Of a DNA stretch of 64,000 bases, positions 19,308 to 28,676 are shown piece after piece. Source of the DNA: a virus. The position numbers were made by a program, and so were the translations under genes. Each line of letters begins with the position of its first letter. Within the stretch, counting starts at the first letter, position 1. The notes beneath the pieces were generated by a model. That model did not search any database. It had not been told where the DNA came from and saw only the letters and a program-made list of their open reading frames with translations. Location: IMG/VR virus record IMGVR_UViG_3300032087_002755, one strand, 5' to 3'.

Positions 19308-19445
19308 CCATTGTGAGAGAACTTTAAAAGAGCTCGGATTTGGAACTTGGATTGGGCAACGCCGACATCAAGTGACCCCATTTCTTCAAAAGAGCTCGGT
19401 TCTCGAACATTAATGCAATGCTCATTAGAGGTTGCACATTATAAA

Positions 19446-19462
19446 CTTGCTTAATAAAGGAG
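19446..19462 (+). promoter_or_regulatory. ROSE-type RNA thermometer hairpin
   Basis: CUUGCUU-aaua-AAGGAG: U(U/C)GCU motif pairs with the SD with a bulged G, 6 nt before hsp20 ATG. Confidence 0.8.
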
Positions 19463-19468
19463 AAAACT

Positions 19469-19885
19469 ATGACTATCTATGACGATGTCTTCGGGAAATC
19501 ATTCCCATTCGCAATCGGGTTCGACAGAACTCTTCAACTATTAGAACGTGCAGATGTACAATCTAATGCAAACTATCCACCTTACAATATTGTAAAAGTC
19601 GATGCAGAAAACTTTGTAATCGAACTTGCAGTAGCTGGATTTGGTAAGAAAGAAATTTCAATCTTAAAAGAGAAAGAAGTTCTTATCATTAAAGGTGAAC
19701 AGGAAAAAGAAGAAAGTAAAGAGTTTGTTCATCAAGGACTCTCTTCAAGAAACTTTACTAGAAGGTTTACACTTGCAGACGATATTGTCGTCAATGGTGC
19801 AGACATGAAGGACGGTATTTTGAAGGTATCACTTGAGAGAATTGTGCCTGAGGAAGACAAACCTCAAGAAATCAAAATTTCTTAA
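19469..19885 (+). CDS. hsp20: Small heat-shock protein Hsp20/IbpA
   Basis: IGFDR, YPPYNI, IELAVAGF, FTRRFTLAD, DGILKVSL, IPEEDKP-type C-terminus. Confidence 0.95.
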   Translation: MTIYDDVFGKSFPFAIGFDRTLQLLERADVQSNANYPPYNIVKVDAENFVIELAVAGFGKKEISILKEKEVLIIKGEQEKEESKEFVHQGLSSRNFTRRFTLADDIVVNGADMKDGILKVSLERIVPEEDKPQEIKIS

Positions 19886-19954
19886 AAACCCTCTTACGGA
19901 TACACCTGTTATGTTGTATAATAGGTGTATCCTTTTATATTATGGAGATTTACT

Positions 19955-20476
19955 ATGTTATCAACAGGTGACTTATTCCCTGCGTTCTCACTGCAAGGGG
20001 TTAATGAAAACAATGAATTTGTGAGAGTTACAGTAGAAGAAGGCTATACACCACTCAAACATGATTGGTCAGTGGTTTACTTTTATCCTAAAGACTTTAC
20101 CTTTATATGTCCTACAGAGATTGCTGGTTTCGACACATTAGTCGACCATGCAAACGTGATAGGAATTAGTGGTGATAATGAGTTCTGTAAATTAGCATGG
20201 AAACAAGATAATGAACTGATTGGAAATATCAGACATACACTTGCAGCTGATTGTGGACTTGGTTTATCGAATGCACTAGGTATTGTAGATGAAGAAAATG
20301 GTGTTTGTTATCGTGCAACATTTATTTTTGACAAAAACAGAGTCATTCAACATGCTTCAAGTAATGCATTAGACACTGGAAGAAACCATAACGAAGTTCT
20401 AAGAACTTTAAAAGGTTTACAAGCTGGTGGACTAACTGGTTGTGCATGGGACGATGGGGACGAGTTTGTCGGATAA
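19955..20476 (+). CDS. ahpC: Peroxiredoxin AhpC
   Basis: FYPKDFTFICPTEI, RATFI, GRNHNEVLR. Confidence 0.93.
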   Translation: MLSTGDLFPAFSLQGVNENNEFVRVTVEEGYTPLKHDWSVVYFYPKDFTFICPTEIAGFDTLVDHANVIGISGDNEFCKLAWKQDNELIGNIRHTLAADCGLGLSNALGIVDEENGVCYRATFIFDKNRVIQHASSNALDTGRNHNEVLRTLKGLQAGGLTGCAWDDGDEFVG

Positions 20477-21890
20477 ACTGTATCAAGTCTTAAAAGACAA
20501 TGCAAACGAGAAGGGTTTACCTTTAATTGAGGGTAAACTCTTTGATGCATTAACAGAAGAATACGGAAGAGAAAAGTTCCGTGAGGTTCTTGCAGATTAT
20601 ATTGAAAAAGAAAGACCCGAGTTCCCTCTAAAACAAATCTCTCATGAAGATATGAGAAACACCTTTATCAAACTTTTAAACTATGACGTATGGAAGTTTA
20701 TATACCCACACGAAAATTTAGAAGAAGAAGTCGTAGAAAAATATGACGACTACAAATACCCATATTCAGAATGGGGACACGGAATGGTCAATGCACCTTC
20801 CACATTCAATGACGCAAGTGATTACTTTATGCAACACCTAAGACTTGCATGTGATTCATATGGACATAGAGCACCATTGAATGCATTCAAAGAATCAACT
20901 GCAAAAGAATTAAAATCACCTCTCGGTGCAATATGGAGAGGGGTTAATGATATTCAAAAAGAGACAACAACAGACGTAGACGGAAATGAAGTTATTAGAT
21001 TAGTTGGTGGTTCATTAAGAGAAGACACCTACAGAATGGCATTCAGACTAGGAGCTTATATTGCAACACAATTCAAACCAGTAGTTGCAAAGTGTTTCTA
21101 TGAAATGACTGATGCAAGAGTTGTATTAGACACTAGTTGTGGTTGGGGAGATAGACTATGTGGATTCTTTGCAAGTCAAAGAACAGAAATGTATATTGGT
21201 TGTGACCCAAACCCAAACACATTCGAAGTATATAAGAAACAATGCATAGAATATGAAAAGATTCTTACAGGTAATAAACCTACAATTACAGAAACCGAAG
21301 ACAAGTTTATGTCAGTTGGTGAGAAGAGAGTTATAATTTATAGAAGTGGTGCAGAGGATATTCCTTATGATAAGTTCCCACCAGTAGATTGTGCATTTAC
21401 TTCCCCACCATATTTTTCAACAGAGACCTATAACAAAGGTGGAGAACACGAAGAAGACCAGTCATGGAGTAAGTTCTCAGAATATGAATCATGGAGAGAC
21501 GACTTCTTTATTCCAGTTTCTAAAAAATCATTTGAAGTGTTATCCGATGACGGACACTTACTTATTAATATTATGAATCCGAAGGTGAAAGGTAAAATGT
21601 TCCCTTCATGTGATGAAGTAGTAGACGAACTAAGAGAACACTTCAAAGGTCAGATAGGAATGAGAATCATGCAGAGGCCTCAATCTTCTACTGCATTCTT
21701 AGAGAAGTGGTCAGACGTAAAAGGTGAAAATGATAGTAATCAAGTATCTGATAAAGAAGGTATTGATAGAACTGCAATGCAAGACTTTATGAAAAAACTA
21801 TACATGGAAAATGTATGGTGGTTCTCTAAAACAAATAAAGACTTATTCTTACCTAACAGACGTAATACATTGGAGAGTTTCTTTGGGTAG
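20442..21890 (+). CDS. DNA amino-methyltransferase (m4C/m6A)
   Basis: Motif I VLDTSCGWG, motif IV FTSPPY; C-terminal clamp-binding-like TLESFFG; exact start uncertain. Confidence 0.85.
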   Translation: MHGTMGTSLSDKLYQVLKDNANEKGLPLIEGKLFDALTEEYGREKFREVLADYIEKERPEFPLKQISHEDMRNTFIKLLNYDVWKFIYPHENLEEEVVEKYDDYKYPYSEWGHGMVNAPSTFNDASDYFMQHLRLACDSYGHRAPLNAFKESTAKELKSPLGAIWRGVNDIQKETTTDVDGNEVIRLVGGSLREDTYRMAFRLGAYIATQFKPVVAKCFYEMTDARVVLDTSCGWGDRLCGFFASQRTEMYIGCDPNPNTFEVYKKQCIEYEKILTGNKPTITETEDKFMSVGEKRVIIYRSGAEDIPYDKFPPVDCAFTSPPYFSTETYNKGGEHEEDQSWSKFSEYESWRDDFFIPVSKKSFEVLSDDGHLLINIMNPKVKGKMFPSCDEVVDELREHFKGQIGMRIMQRPQSSTAFLEKWSDVKGENDSNQVSDKEGIDRTAMQDFMKKLYMENVWWFSKTNKDLFLPNRRNTLESFFG

Positions 21891-22206
21891 AACACCACTA
21901 TTTGACGAAGGTGTTTATTGTGTAGTAGACAATAACAAACTTAACATGTCAGGCATTCAAATTACTAAAGGAGAATGGGAAGGTGTTATCTATGTTTATG
22001 GTAAAGTAGAATTTGTAGAAGGTAAGAAACACTTAAATTTTCAAAGAGATATTGTTGTCGTTCCCGAGAATCATGACCTTGAAGAACTCCTAAATAATAT
22101 CGAACTAAATAATCTTATGGGAGATATATTGGTTGAACTCATAGAGGAACAAGCGAGGAAAGAGAATGAACAAAGAGATACTAAAGGAACAGATAAAAAG
22201 ACATGA
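21811..22206 (+). CDS. Hypothetical protein (true start probably further downstream)
   Basis: ORF fills gap between methyltransferase and lysozyme. Confidence 0.55.
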   Translation: MYGGSLKQIKTYSYLTDVIHWRVSLGRTPLFDEGVYCVVDNNKLNMSGIQITKGEWEGVIYVYGKVEFVEGKKHLNFQRDIVVVPENHDLEELLNNIELNNLMGDILVELIEEQARKENEQRDTKGTDKKT

Positions 22207-22621
22207 GGGTGAAGTCCTAGAGATTTATGAAGACTCACTAGGATATTTAACTTTTGGTGTAGGACACCTAGTTAAAGAAGGAGACCCCGAGTTTGGTCAA
22301 CCAGTAGGAACACCCGTTTCACAAGAAAGAGTAGACGAAGTATACGAACACGATTTTGAAAAACACGTAGAAGAAACAATTCATGTGTTTGAGTCAAAAG
22401 GTGGAGAAGACTTCTATGCACTTCCCGAAGATATACAACATGTTCTCATAAACATGACTTTCAATTTAGGTGGAACTAGATTTGGTAAGTTTAATAATAT
22501 GTGGAAAGGTGTTGTTGAATGTGATTGGGAAAAGGTTGCAGTCGAAATGGAAGACAGCCGTTGGTTCAAACAAGTAGGAAGACGTTCAATCGAACTACAG
22601 GAGATTGTCAGAAGTGTCTAA
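22166..22621 (+). CDS. Lysozyme (GH24, T4 e-like endolysin)
   Basis: HEG...YEDSLGYLTFGVGHL, NMTFNLG, SRWFKQVGRR. Confidence 0.9.
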   Translation: MNKEILKEQIKRHEGEVLEIYEDSLGYLTFGVGHLVKEGDPEFGQPVGTPVSQERVDEVYEHDFEKHVEETIHVFESKGGEDFYALPEDIQHVLINMTFNLGGTRFGKFNNMWKGVVECDWEKVAVEMEDSRWFKQVGRRSIELQEIVRSV

Positions 22622-22901
22622 AGTAAAATGTATTAGACTTGACACTGGAGAAGTATTGATTGGTTTTGTTTCTACTTCACTAATCAGTGGTGATTATACA
22701 ATCAGTGATGCACAAATTTGTTTAACAAATACCGAAGACGGAAAGTATGAAGTTAACCTTGCACCATGGATTCCGTTTGCAAAAGAATATACATTCACAA
22801 TAAATAAAGACTTAGTTCAAACAGTATTTGAACCAAGACCACAACTAGAAACTAACTTCAAAGTTGCAACTGGTAACAACAAAAGACAAAGGGGTAAATA
22901 A
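22605..22901 (+). CDS. Conserved hypothetical protein of T4-like phages
   Basis: IRLDTGEVLIG...LAPWIPF. Confidence 0.65.
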   Translation: MSEVSKVKCIRLDTGEVLIGFVSTSLISGDYTISDAQICLTNTEDGKYEVNLAPWIPFAKEYTFTINKDLVQTVFEPRPQLETNFKVATGNNKRQRGK

Positions 22902-23134
22902 TGGGAAGAGAAACACTATTAAAAGCACTATTGAGTCAATATCAAGGTGAAATGGATATTGCAATGGCAAACATTGAAGTATACAAAAACAATCCAGCTG
23001 GTATTGGTGAACACCCCGACATTGCTCAAGCACTCGATACTCAAATTGAGAAACTTGCAAATGCAAAAGAAAAGTATGATGTCACTTATGACATTTTACA
23101 CAACAAAAACAAAGTTACTACCTTGACAGAATAG
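22901..23134 (+). CDS. Hypothetical protein
   Basis: NIEVYKNNPAGIGEHPD. Confidence 0.65.
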   Translation: MGRETLLKALLSQYQGEMDIAMANIEVYKNNPAGIGEHPDIAQALDTQIEKLANAKEKYDVTYDILHNKNKVTTLTE

Positions 23135-23152
23135 ACCCCCTTGTAGTATAAT
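23123..23152 (+). promoter_or_regulatory. Sigma70 promoter for DNA polymerase (leaderless)
   Basis: TTGACA-18-TATAAT, ATG 6 nt downstream, no SD. Confidence 0.8.
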
Positions 23153-23158
23153 AACTAC

Positions 23159-25675
23159 ATGGATTTCTATACTAACGTTTGCAGAACACGTGACAAAATA
23201 CTTGTCAAAGGCTACAAGAACGGGAAACAACAAAAACTAACAGTTTCCTACAGACCCAATCATTACATTCCTTCAAAGAAAGGAGACACCCCATTCAAAT
23301 CATTAGACGGAAGGTCACTGGAAGCAGTGAACCTAAACTCTATGGGTGGTGCAAGAAAGTTCAGAGAACAATACAATGGTGTAGACGGATTCGAAATCCA
23401 TGGATACGACAGATATATCTACACTTATATTGCAGATAAATTTCAAGGTGACATAGAGTTTGACTTAAAACATATAAAGATTGCAACACTTGATATTGAG
23501 TGTGAGTGTGAAGACGGATTTCCCGAACCAACTCTTGCAACTGAAAAGGTCAATGCAATCTCACTAAAACCACTTGGTAAAGATACACATGTTTTTGGTC
23601 TTGGGCCTTGGGAACACAACAGAACAGACGTAGTATATCATAACTGTAATAGTGAGGTTGACCTCTTAACTCAGTTTATCAAATACTGGAGACAAGAATC
23701 TTTTGATATCATTACAGGTTGGAATGTAAACTCATTCGATATTACATATCTTTGTAATCGTATTGACAGAATACTAGGAGAGGGAGAACACAAGAAGCTT
23801 TCACCATGGAATCAATGTGACGTGAGAGAATTCATGTCTAACTATGGTCAAAGACAAATGATATTTAATTTATATGGTGTCAACGTTCTTGACTATCTTG
23901 AACTCTATCGTAAACATACATTCGTAAATCAAGAATCCTACAAACTAGAAAACATTGCACAAGTAGAACTTGGAACAGGTAAACTAGATTACTCAGAGTA
24001 TGGAAATCTACATACACTCTACAAACAGGACTATGCAAAATTCTTAGAATATAATGTCAAAGACGTTGTCCTTGTTGAACAACTAGAAGAAAAACTTGGT
24101 CTGATTGAATTGACTTGTGCAATGTCATACAATGCAAAGTGTAATTACAACGACACTTTCGGAATGGTGAAGTATTGGGAAACTATTATTTACAACTTCC
24201 TTAAAGAACAAAACATACAAACACCACCCCAAAGATTAAAGAGTGGTAATGATAAAACACACCAAATTATTGGTGCATATGTTAAAGACCCAATTGTCGG
24301 TGGACATGACTGGGTTGTCTCTTTTGACTTGAACTCACTGTATCCACATATCATTATGCAATACAATATCTCACCCGAGAAAATGATAAAGGGAAACAGA
24401 CAAGACTTGACCATTGACAGAATGTTAAACAAAGAATGTGATTTATCTTATGTCTATCAACAAGGTCATGCAGTATGTCCAAACGGTGTAATGTATTCTA
24501 AAAACAAACAGGGATTTCTTCCCGAACTCATGGAAAAATTCTATGACGAAAGAAAAGAGTGGAAGAAGAAAATGATTGGTTATCAGAAAGAACGAGAAGT
24601 CTGTAAAGAACCCAAACGTAAGAAAGAACTTGATACACTTATTAAACGTGCATATAACAATCAACAGGTTCGTAAGATTGCACTGAACTCTGCATATGGA
24701 GCTCTTGCAAATCAATACTTTGCATTCTTTTCTATTGACCTTGCAGAATCAATTACTACCAGTGGTCAGTTAATTATCAAATGGGCAGAGAAGACCATTA
24801 ACGAATTCTTAAACAAGACACTTAATACAGAAGGTGAAGACTATGTGATTGCAATGGATACTGATTCAGTTTATATCACTATGGATAAACTGGTTAAACA
24901 AGTGTTACCCGAAGAAACAGACAAGACTAAGATTGTAGATTTCCTAAACAAATCAGAGGGAATGATTGAACAAGTTCTTGCACGTGGTTTTGACGACCTT
25001 GCAGAATACACCAATGCATTCCAACAGAAAATGCAAATGGGACGTGAGGTAATTGCAGACAGAGGTATTTGGACTGCAAAGAAAAGATACATTCTCAATG
25101 TTCACGATAACGAAGGTGTCAGACTTGCAGAACCTAAACTTAAAATGATGGGTATTGAGACTGCAAAGTCTTCTACACCTCAATGGGTCAGAACCAAACT
25201 AACAGAAGCCTTAAAGGTGGTTATGAATGGAACTGAACAAGACCTATGGGAGTTCGTAGAGACTGCACGAAAAGAATTTAGAAACCTTCCACCCGAAGAA
25301 GTTGCATTCCCAAGAGGTGTTAAAAACCTCGTAACCTATTCAGACCCAGCTCATATTTACGGAAAGGGTACACCAATTCATGTTCGAGGTTCACTTCTAC
25401 ACAATCATTTACTGAAATCCAAGAACCTCAACATGAGATATGAAATGATTAAGAACTCAGACAAGATTCGTTTTGCATATCTCACAACCCCAAATCCAAT
25501 CAATGAAAATGTAATTGCATTCTCAAGTTCTTTACCAAGAGAGTTAGACTTACATAGATTCATTGATTATGATATGCAGTTTGATAAAGCATTTAATGAA
25601 CCATTAAAGAATATTGTTAATCTAATCAACTGGAATGTAGAACCAGTTGCAAGTTTAGATTCGTTCTTTGGTTAG
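23159..25675 (+). CDS. 43: Family B DNA polymerase
   Basis: Exo DIE, GWNVNSFD; Pol SFDLNSLYP, KIALNSAYG, MDTDS, KKRY; C-terminal SLDSFFG. Confidence 0.97.
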   Translation: MDFYTNVCRTRDKILVKGYKNGKQQKLTVSYRPNHYIPSKKGDTPFKSLDGRSLEAVNLNSMGGARKFREQYNGVDGFEIHGYDRYIYTYIADKFQGDIEFDLKHIKIATLDIECECEDGFPEPTLATEKVNAISLKPLGKDTHVFGLGPWEHNRTDVVYHNCNSEVDLLTQFIKYWRQESFDIITGWNVNSFDITYLCNRIDRILGEGEHKKLSPWNQCDVREFMSNYGQRQMIFNLYGVNVLDYLELYRKHTFVNQESYKLENIAQVELGTGKLDYSEYGNLHTLYKQDYAKFLEYNVKDVVLVEQLEEKLGLIELTCAMSYNAKCNYNDTFGMVKYWETIIYNFLKEQNIQTPPQRLKSGNDKTHQIIGAYVKDPIVGGHDWVVSFDLNSLYPHIIMQYNISPEKMIKGNRQDLTIDRMLNKECDLSYVYQQGHAVCPNGVMYSKNKQGFLPELMEKFYDERKEWKKKMIGYQKEREVCKEPKRKKELDTLIKRAYNNQQVRKIALNSAYGALANQYFAFFSIDLAESITTSGQLIIKWAEKTINEFLNKTLNTEGEDYVIAMDTDSVYITMDKLVKQVLPEETDKTKIVDFLNKSEGMIEQVLARGFDDLAEYTNAFQQKMQMGREVIADRGIWTAKKRYILNVHDNEGVRLAEPKLKMMGIETAKSSTPQWVRTKLTEALKVVMNGTEQDLWEFVETARKEFRNLPPEEVAFPRGVKNLVTYSDPAHIYGKGTPIHVRGSLLHNHLLKSKNLNMRYEMIKNSDKIRFAYLTTPNPINENVIAFSSSLPRELDLHRFIDYDMQFDKAFNEPLKNIVNLINWNVEPVASLDSFFG

Positions 25676-25683
25676 GAGACACT

Positions 25684-25857
25684 ATGAAACACATGATACG
25701 TTGGATGAAGATTAATGCATTTATTAATCTATATCTTGGAATAATTTTAACATTCGTTTTGATTGCACTGGTAGTGGATATTACACTGGACAGTTATTGG
25801 CATTCAAACGACTTCAAAGATTTACTTTTAGGTAAAGATGTGGCACCTACTGATTAG
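25684..25857 (+). CDS. Small membrane protein (57 aa, not in ORF track)
   Basis: AGGAG SD, one TM. Confidence 0.55.
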   Translation: MKHMIRWMKINAFINLYLGIILTFVLIALVVDITLDSYWHSNDFKDLLLGKDVAPTD

Positions 25858-26080
25858 TATAAAGTTTTATGTGTATAGTGTATCGACTGCACATACACTG
25901 ATAATGTTTTATATGTTCCCAATTATACCAATTGCAATAGGTTATATACTTCTTGCAGCTGCAATAGGTGGTTTTGGTTTGTATATTGCATATGATTACG
26001 ATAGAACATTCACTCAATACAAGAAAACTCAAAACCCGATGGATTGGGACTTGTTTGACACTAAATACCATAGGAGTTAG
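25838..26080 (+). CDS. Small membrane protein
   Basis: Hydrophobic segments. Confidence 0.55.
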   Translation: MWHLLISIKFYVYSVSTAHTLIMFYMFPIIPIAIGYILLAAAIGGFGLYIAYDYDRTFTQYKKTQNPMDWDLFDTKYHRS

Positions 26081-26127
26081 ATTCTCAGTTGGAGGTCTAA
26101 TGAAATTAATCCATAACGGAGTAAACA

Positions 26128-26403
26128 ATGAAAATAGCATATATTGCTATTTTTGTGGGTATATTACTTCCTTCTTGTGCCTCAGTTGGAGCAGTTATTG
26201 AAGGTGGTAAAGAGTTTACAACTGGTGTTGTCGATGGTGCAGTTCAAGGAACTCAAACATTGGTAAATGCAGTTGCAGATGATGTAGTCTCAGTTGGAAC
26301 TTTAGCAGCTAATACTGCAACAGGTGTTGTTAACACTGTAGCAGACGAAGTTGATAGACAGACAGATGAACTACAAGAGGAAGAGAAAACTGAAAAAAAG
26401 TAG
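26128..26403 (+). CDS. Small lipoprotein; possible -1 frameshift extension to 26495
   Basis: Lipobox LPSC; A/V/G/T-rich amphipathic region; ends A_AAA_AAG TAG. Confidence 0.75.
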   Translation: MKIAYIAIFVGILLPSCASVGAVIEGGKEFTTGVVDGAVQGTQTLVNAVADDVVSVGTLAANTATGVVNTVADEVDRQTDELQEEEKTEKK

Positions 26404-26483
26404 AGGAGGTCATTCCGACAGTTGTATTACTGGAGGCTATGATGCTCTATTGTTCAGAGTTCCCACAAAAATGTAGAACTAGA

Positions 26484-26512
26484 AGAGGGAACTAGTAGTT
26501 CCCTCTTTTTTA
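26484..26512 (+). terminator. Rho-independent terminator
   Basis: AGAGGGAAC/GTTCCCTCT stem followed by T run. Confidence 0.8.
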
Positions 26513-26530
26513 TTAACATAAATAAATATA

Positions 26531-26950
26531 ATGGCATATAGTAAACAAGTAGTAGATAGATTCGAAGAGGTTTTAAATAACCCCGAGAAACATGCAGTCG
26601 GAAGATTTGACCCTAAAGACCCAATGGTCGCAACGGGTATGACTGGAGCTCCTGCTTGTGGTGATGTCATGAAACTTCAATTGAAGTTAGACATGGACGA
26701 GAGAATCGTTGATGTTAAATTTAAAACATATGGTTGTGGAAGTGCTATTGCAAGTTCTTCTTTGTTTGTTGACATGCTTACAGGTAAAACTATCGAAGAA
26801 GCAAAACTAGTTAAAGATAAAGACATTGCAGAAGCATTAGAACTACCACCAATCAAATTACATTGTTCTGTTCTTGCAGAAGACAGTATAAGAAAAGCAA
26901 TAGAAAACTGGGAAGAAAAATCTTCTCATAGGAAACATAATTATGTATGA
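26531..26950 (+). CDS. iscU: Fe-S cluster scaffold IscU
   Basis: GAPACGDVM, FKTYGCGSAIASSS, LPPIKLHCSVLAEDS. Confidence 0.95.
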   Translation: MAYSKQVVDRFEEVLNNPEKHAVGRFDPKDPMVATGMTGAPACGDVMKLQLKLDMDERIVDVKFKTYGCGSAIASSSLFVDMLTGKTIEEAKLVKDKDIAEALELPPIKLHCSVLAEDSIRKAIENWEEKSSHRKHNYV

Positions 26951-27404
26951 GTATAAAGTAACAGTAGTCAAAGTCGTAGATGGAGACACTATTGATGTGG
27001 ATATCGATTTAGGTTTTGGTATGGTTTACAAAAAACAAAGAGTTAGAATGTTGGGTATTGACACGCCAGAATCTAGAACTAGAGATAAAGTCGAAAAATT
27101 ATTTGGTAAAGCAAGTAAGAAACACCTTAAAAAATTACTAGAGGAGTGTGAAAGTGTATCACTTGTATCACACGACAAAGGTAAATTTGGTAGAATCCTT
27201 GGTGAGTTATTTACACACCACGTAGAAGGTCACCCAGTATTTGGTCATAAAGTTAATATCAACAAACAAATGATATTAGATTCACATGCAGTTCCTTACA
27301 CTGGAGACAGTAAAGACCTAATTGAAGAACAACACTTGGATAACAGACAAAGAGTTATGCACCAAGGTTATGTAACACAAGAGGATATAGATAAAGTATC
27401 ATGA
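26943..27404 (+). CDS. Thermonuclease (SNase-like)
   Basis: VVDGDT, RVRMLGIDTPE, KFGRILG. Confidence 0.9.
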   Translation: MYEYKVTVVKVVDGDTIDVDIDLGFGMVYKKQRVRMLGIDTPESRTRDKVEKLFGKASKKHLKKLLEECESVSLVSHDKGKFGRILGELFTHHVEGHPVFGHKVNINKQMILDSHAVPYTGDSKDLIEEQHLDNRQRVMHQGYVTQEDIDKVS

Positions 27405-27571
27405 TTATAACAATAATGGACTGTTTCTATATCTTTATGATTGCAATAATCTTTGGATTTATTATACACCTAGAATCTAAAGTTAATCAACTTGTTTCTA
27501 TGATGGAAGAACATATCAAGGTTGACCAAAAACTTTGTGAAATTTCAAACAAATTAGACAAAACCCCCTAG
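27401..27571 (+). CDS. Small membrane protein (56 aa, not in ORF track)
   Basis: ATGA overlap, one TM. Confidence 0.45.
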   Translation: MIITIMDCFYIFMIAIIFGFIIHLESKVNQLVSMMEEHIKVDQKLCEISNKLDKTP

Positions 27572-27623
27572 ACAATAACGGACTACATATGTATAATAGA
27601 GTTATACATTATGGAGAAGTGTT

Positions 27624-28676
27624 ATGTCATTTATTAAAGATTTAGTCAAATCAACTGGAAACGAATATGCAAATATAGTTTCAGATGGTGTGGCTGCTGG
27701 AGACGTAGATACATTCGTAGATACGGGTAGTTATGTCTTCAATTCACTTTTGAGTGGTTCACTATATGGTGGACTTCCCTCAAACAAAATCACTGCAATC
27801 GCAGGTGAATCTGCAACAGGAAAAACTTACTTTGCCTTGGGTATGGTAAAACAATTCCTTGAAGACCACCCCGATTCTGCAGTTATCTATTTCGAATCTG
27901 AATCTGCAATCAGTAAATCAATGATTGAAGATAGAGGAATCGATTCAAAAAGAATGGTTATCGTGCCTGTGGTCACTGTTCAAGAATTCAGAAAACAGGC
28001 AATATCCATACTTGATAAGTATCTTGAAACACCCAAGGATAAGAGACCACCTATGATGATGTGTCTTGACTCACTTGGAATGTTATCAACTACTAAAGAA
28101 ATCGAGGACACTGCCGAGGGTAAAGAAACCCGAGACATGACTCGTGCTCAAGTTGTTAAAGGTGCATTCAGAGTTCTAACACTTAAGTTAGGACGTGCTG
28201 GTGTTCCAATGATTGTAACTAATCACACTTATGACGTGATTGGTTCTATGTTCCCTCAGAAAGAAATGGGTGGTGGAAGTGGTCTCAAATATGCAGCCTC
28301 TTCAATTATCTATCTTTCAAAGAAAAAAGAGAAGGAAGGAACAGAAGTCGTTGGTAATATCATTCATTGTAAGAATGCAAAATCTAGATTGACTGTAGAA
28401 AATAGAATAGTTGACGTAAGACTATCTTATGACAGTGGACTAGATAGATACTATGGTCTTTTAGACCTTGCACTTGCAAGTGGAATCTTTGAGAAAAGTT
28501 CTACTCGTATCAAACTACCAAATGGTAAAACAGAATTTGGTAAAACAATTAATAACAACCCCGAGAAATACTTTACACCCGATGTAATGGAAAGACTCGA
28601 AACAGTAGTAGAAGGATACTTTAAATATGGAAACACGAATAGAACAGACGATACTGAAGAACCTAGTTCAGAATGA
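27624..28676 (+). CDS. uvsX: RecA-like recombinase UvsX
   Basis: [23 protein letters not shown]; precedes gp41. Confidence 0.93.
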   Translation: MSFIKDLVKSTGNEYANIVSDGVAAGDVDTFVDTGSYVFNSLLSGSLYGGLPSNKITAIAGESATGKTYFALGMVKQFLEDHPDSAVIYFESESAISKSMIEDRGIDSKRMVIVPVVTVQEFRKQAISILDKYLETPKDKRPPMMMCLDSLGMLSTTKEIEDTAEGKETRDMTRAQVVKGAFRVLTLKLGRAGVPMIVTNHTYDVIGSMFPQKEMGGGSGLKYAASSIIYLSKKKEKEGTEVVGNIIHCKNAKSRLTVENRIVDVRLSYDSGLDRYYGLLDLALASGIFEKSSTRIKLPNGKTEFGKTINNNPEKYFTPDVMERLETVVEGYFKYGNTNRTDDTEEPSSE

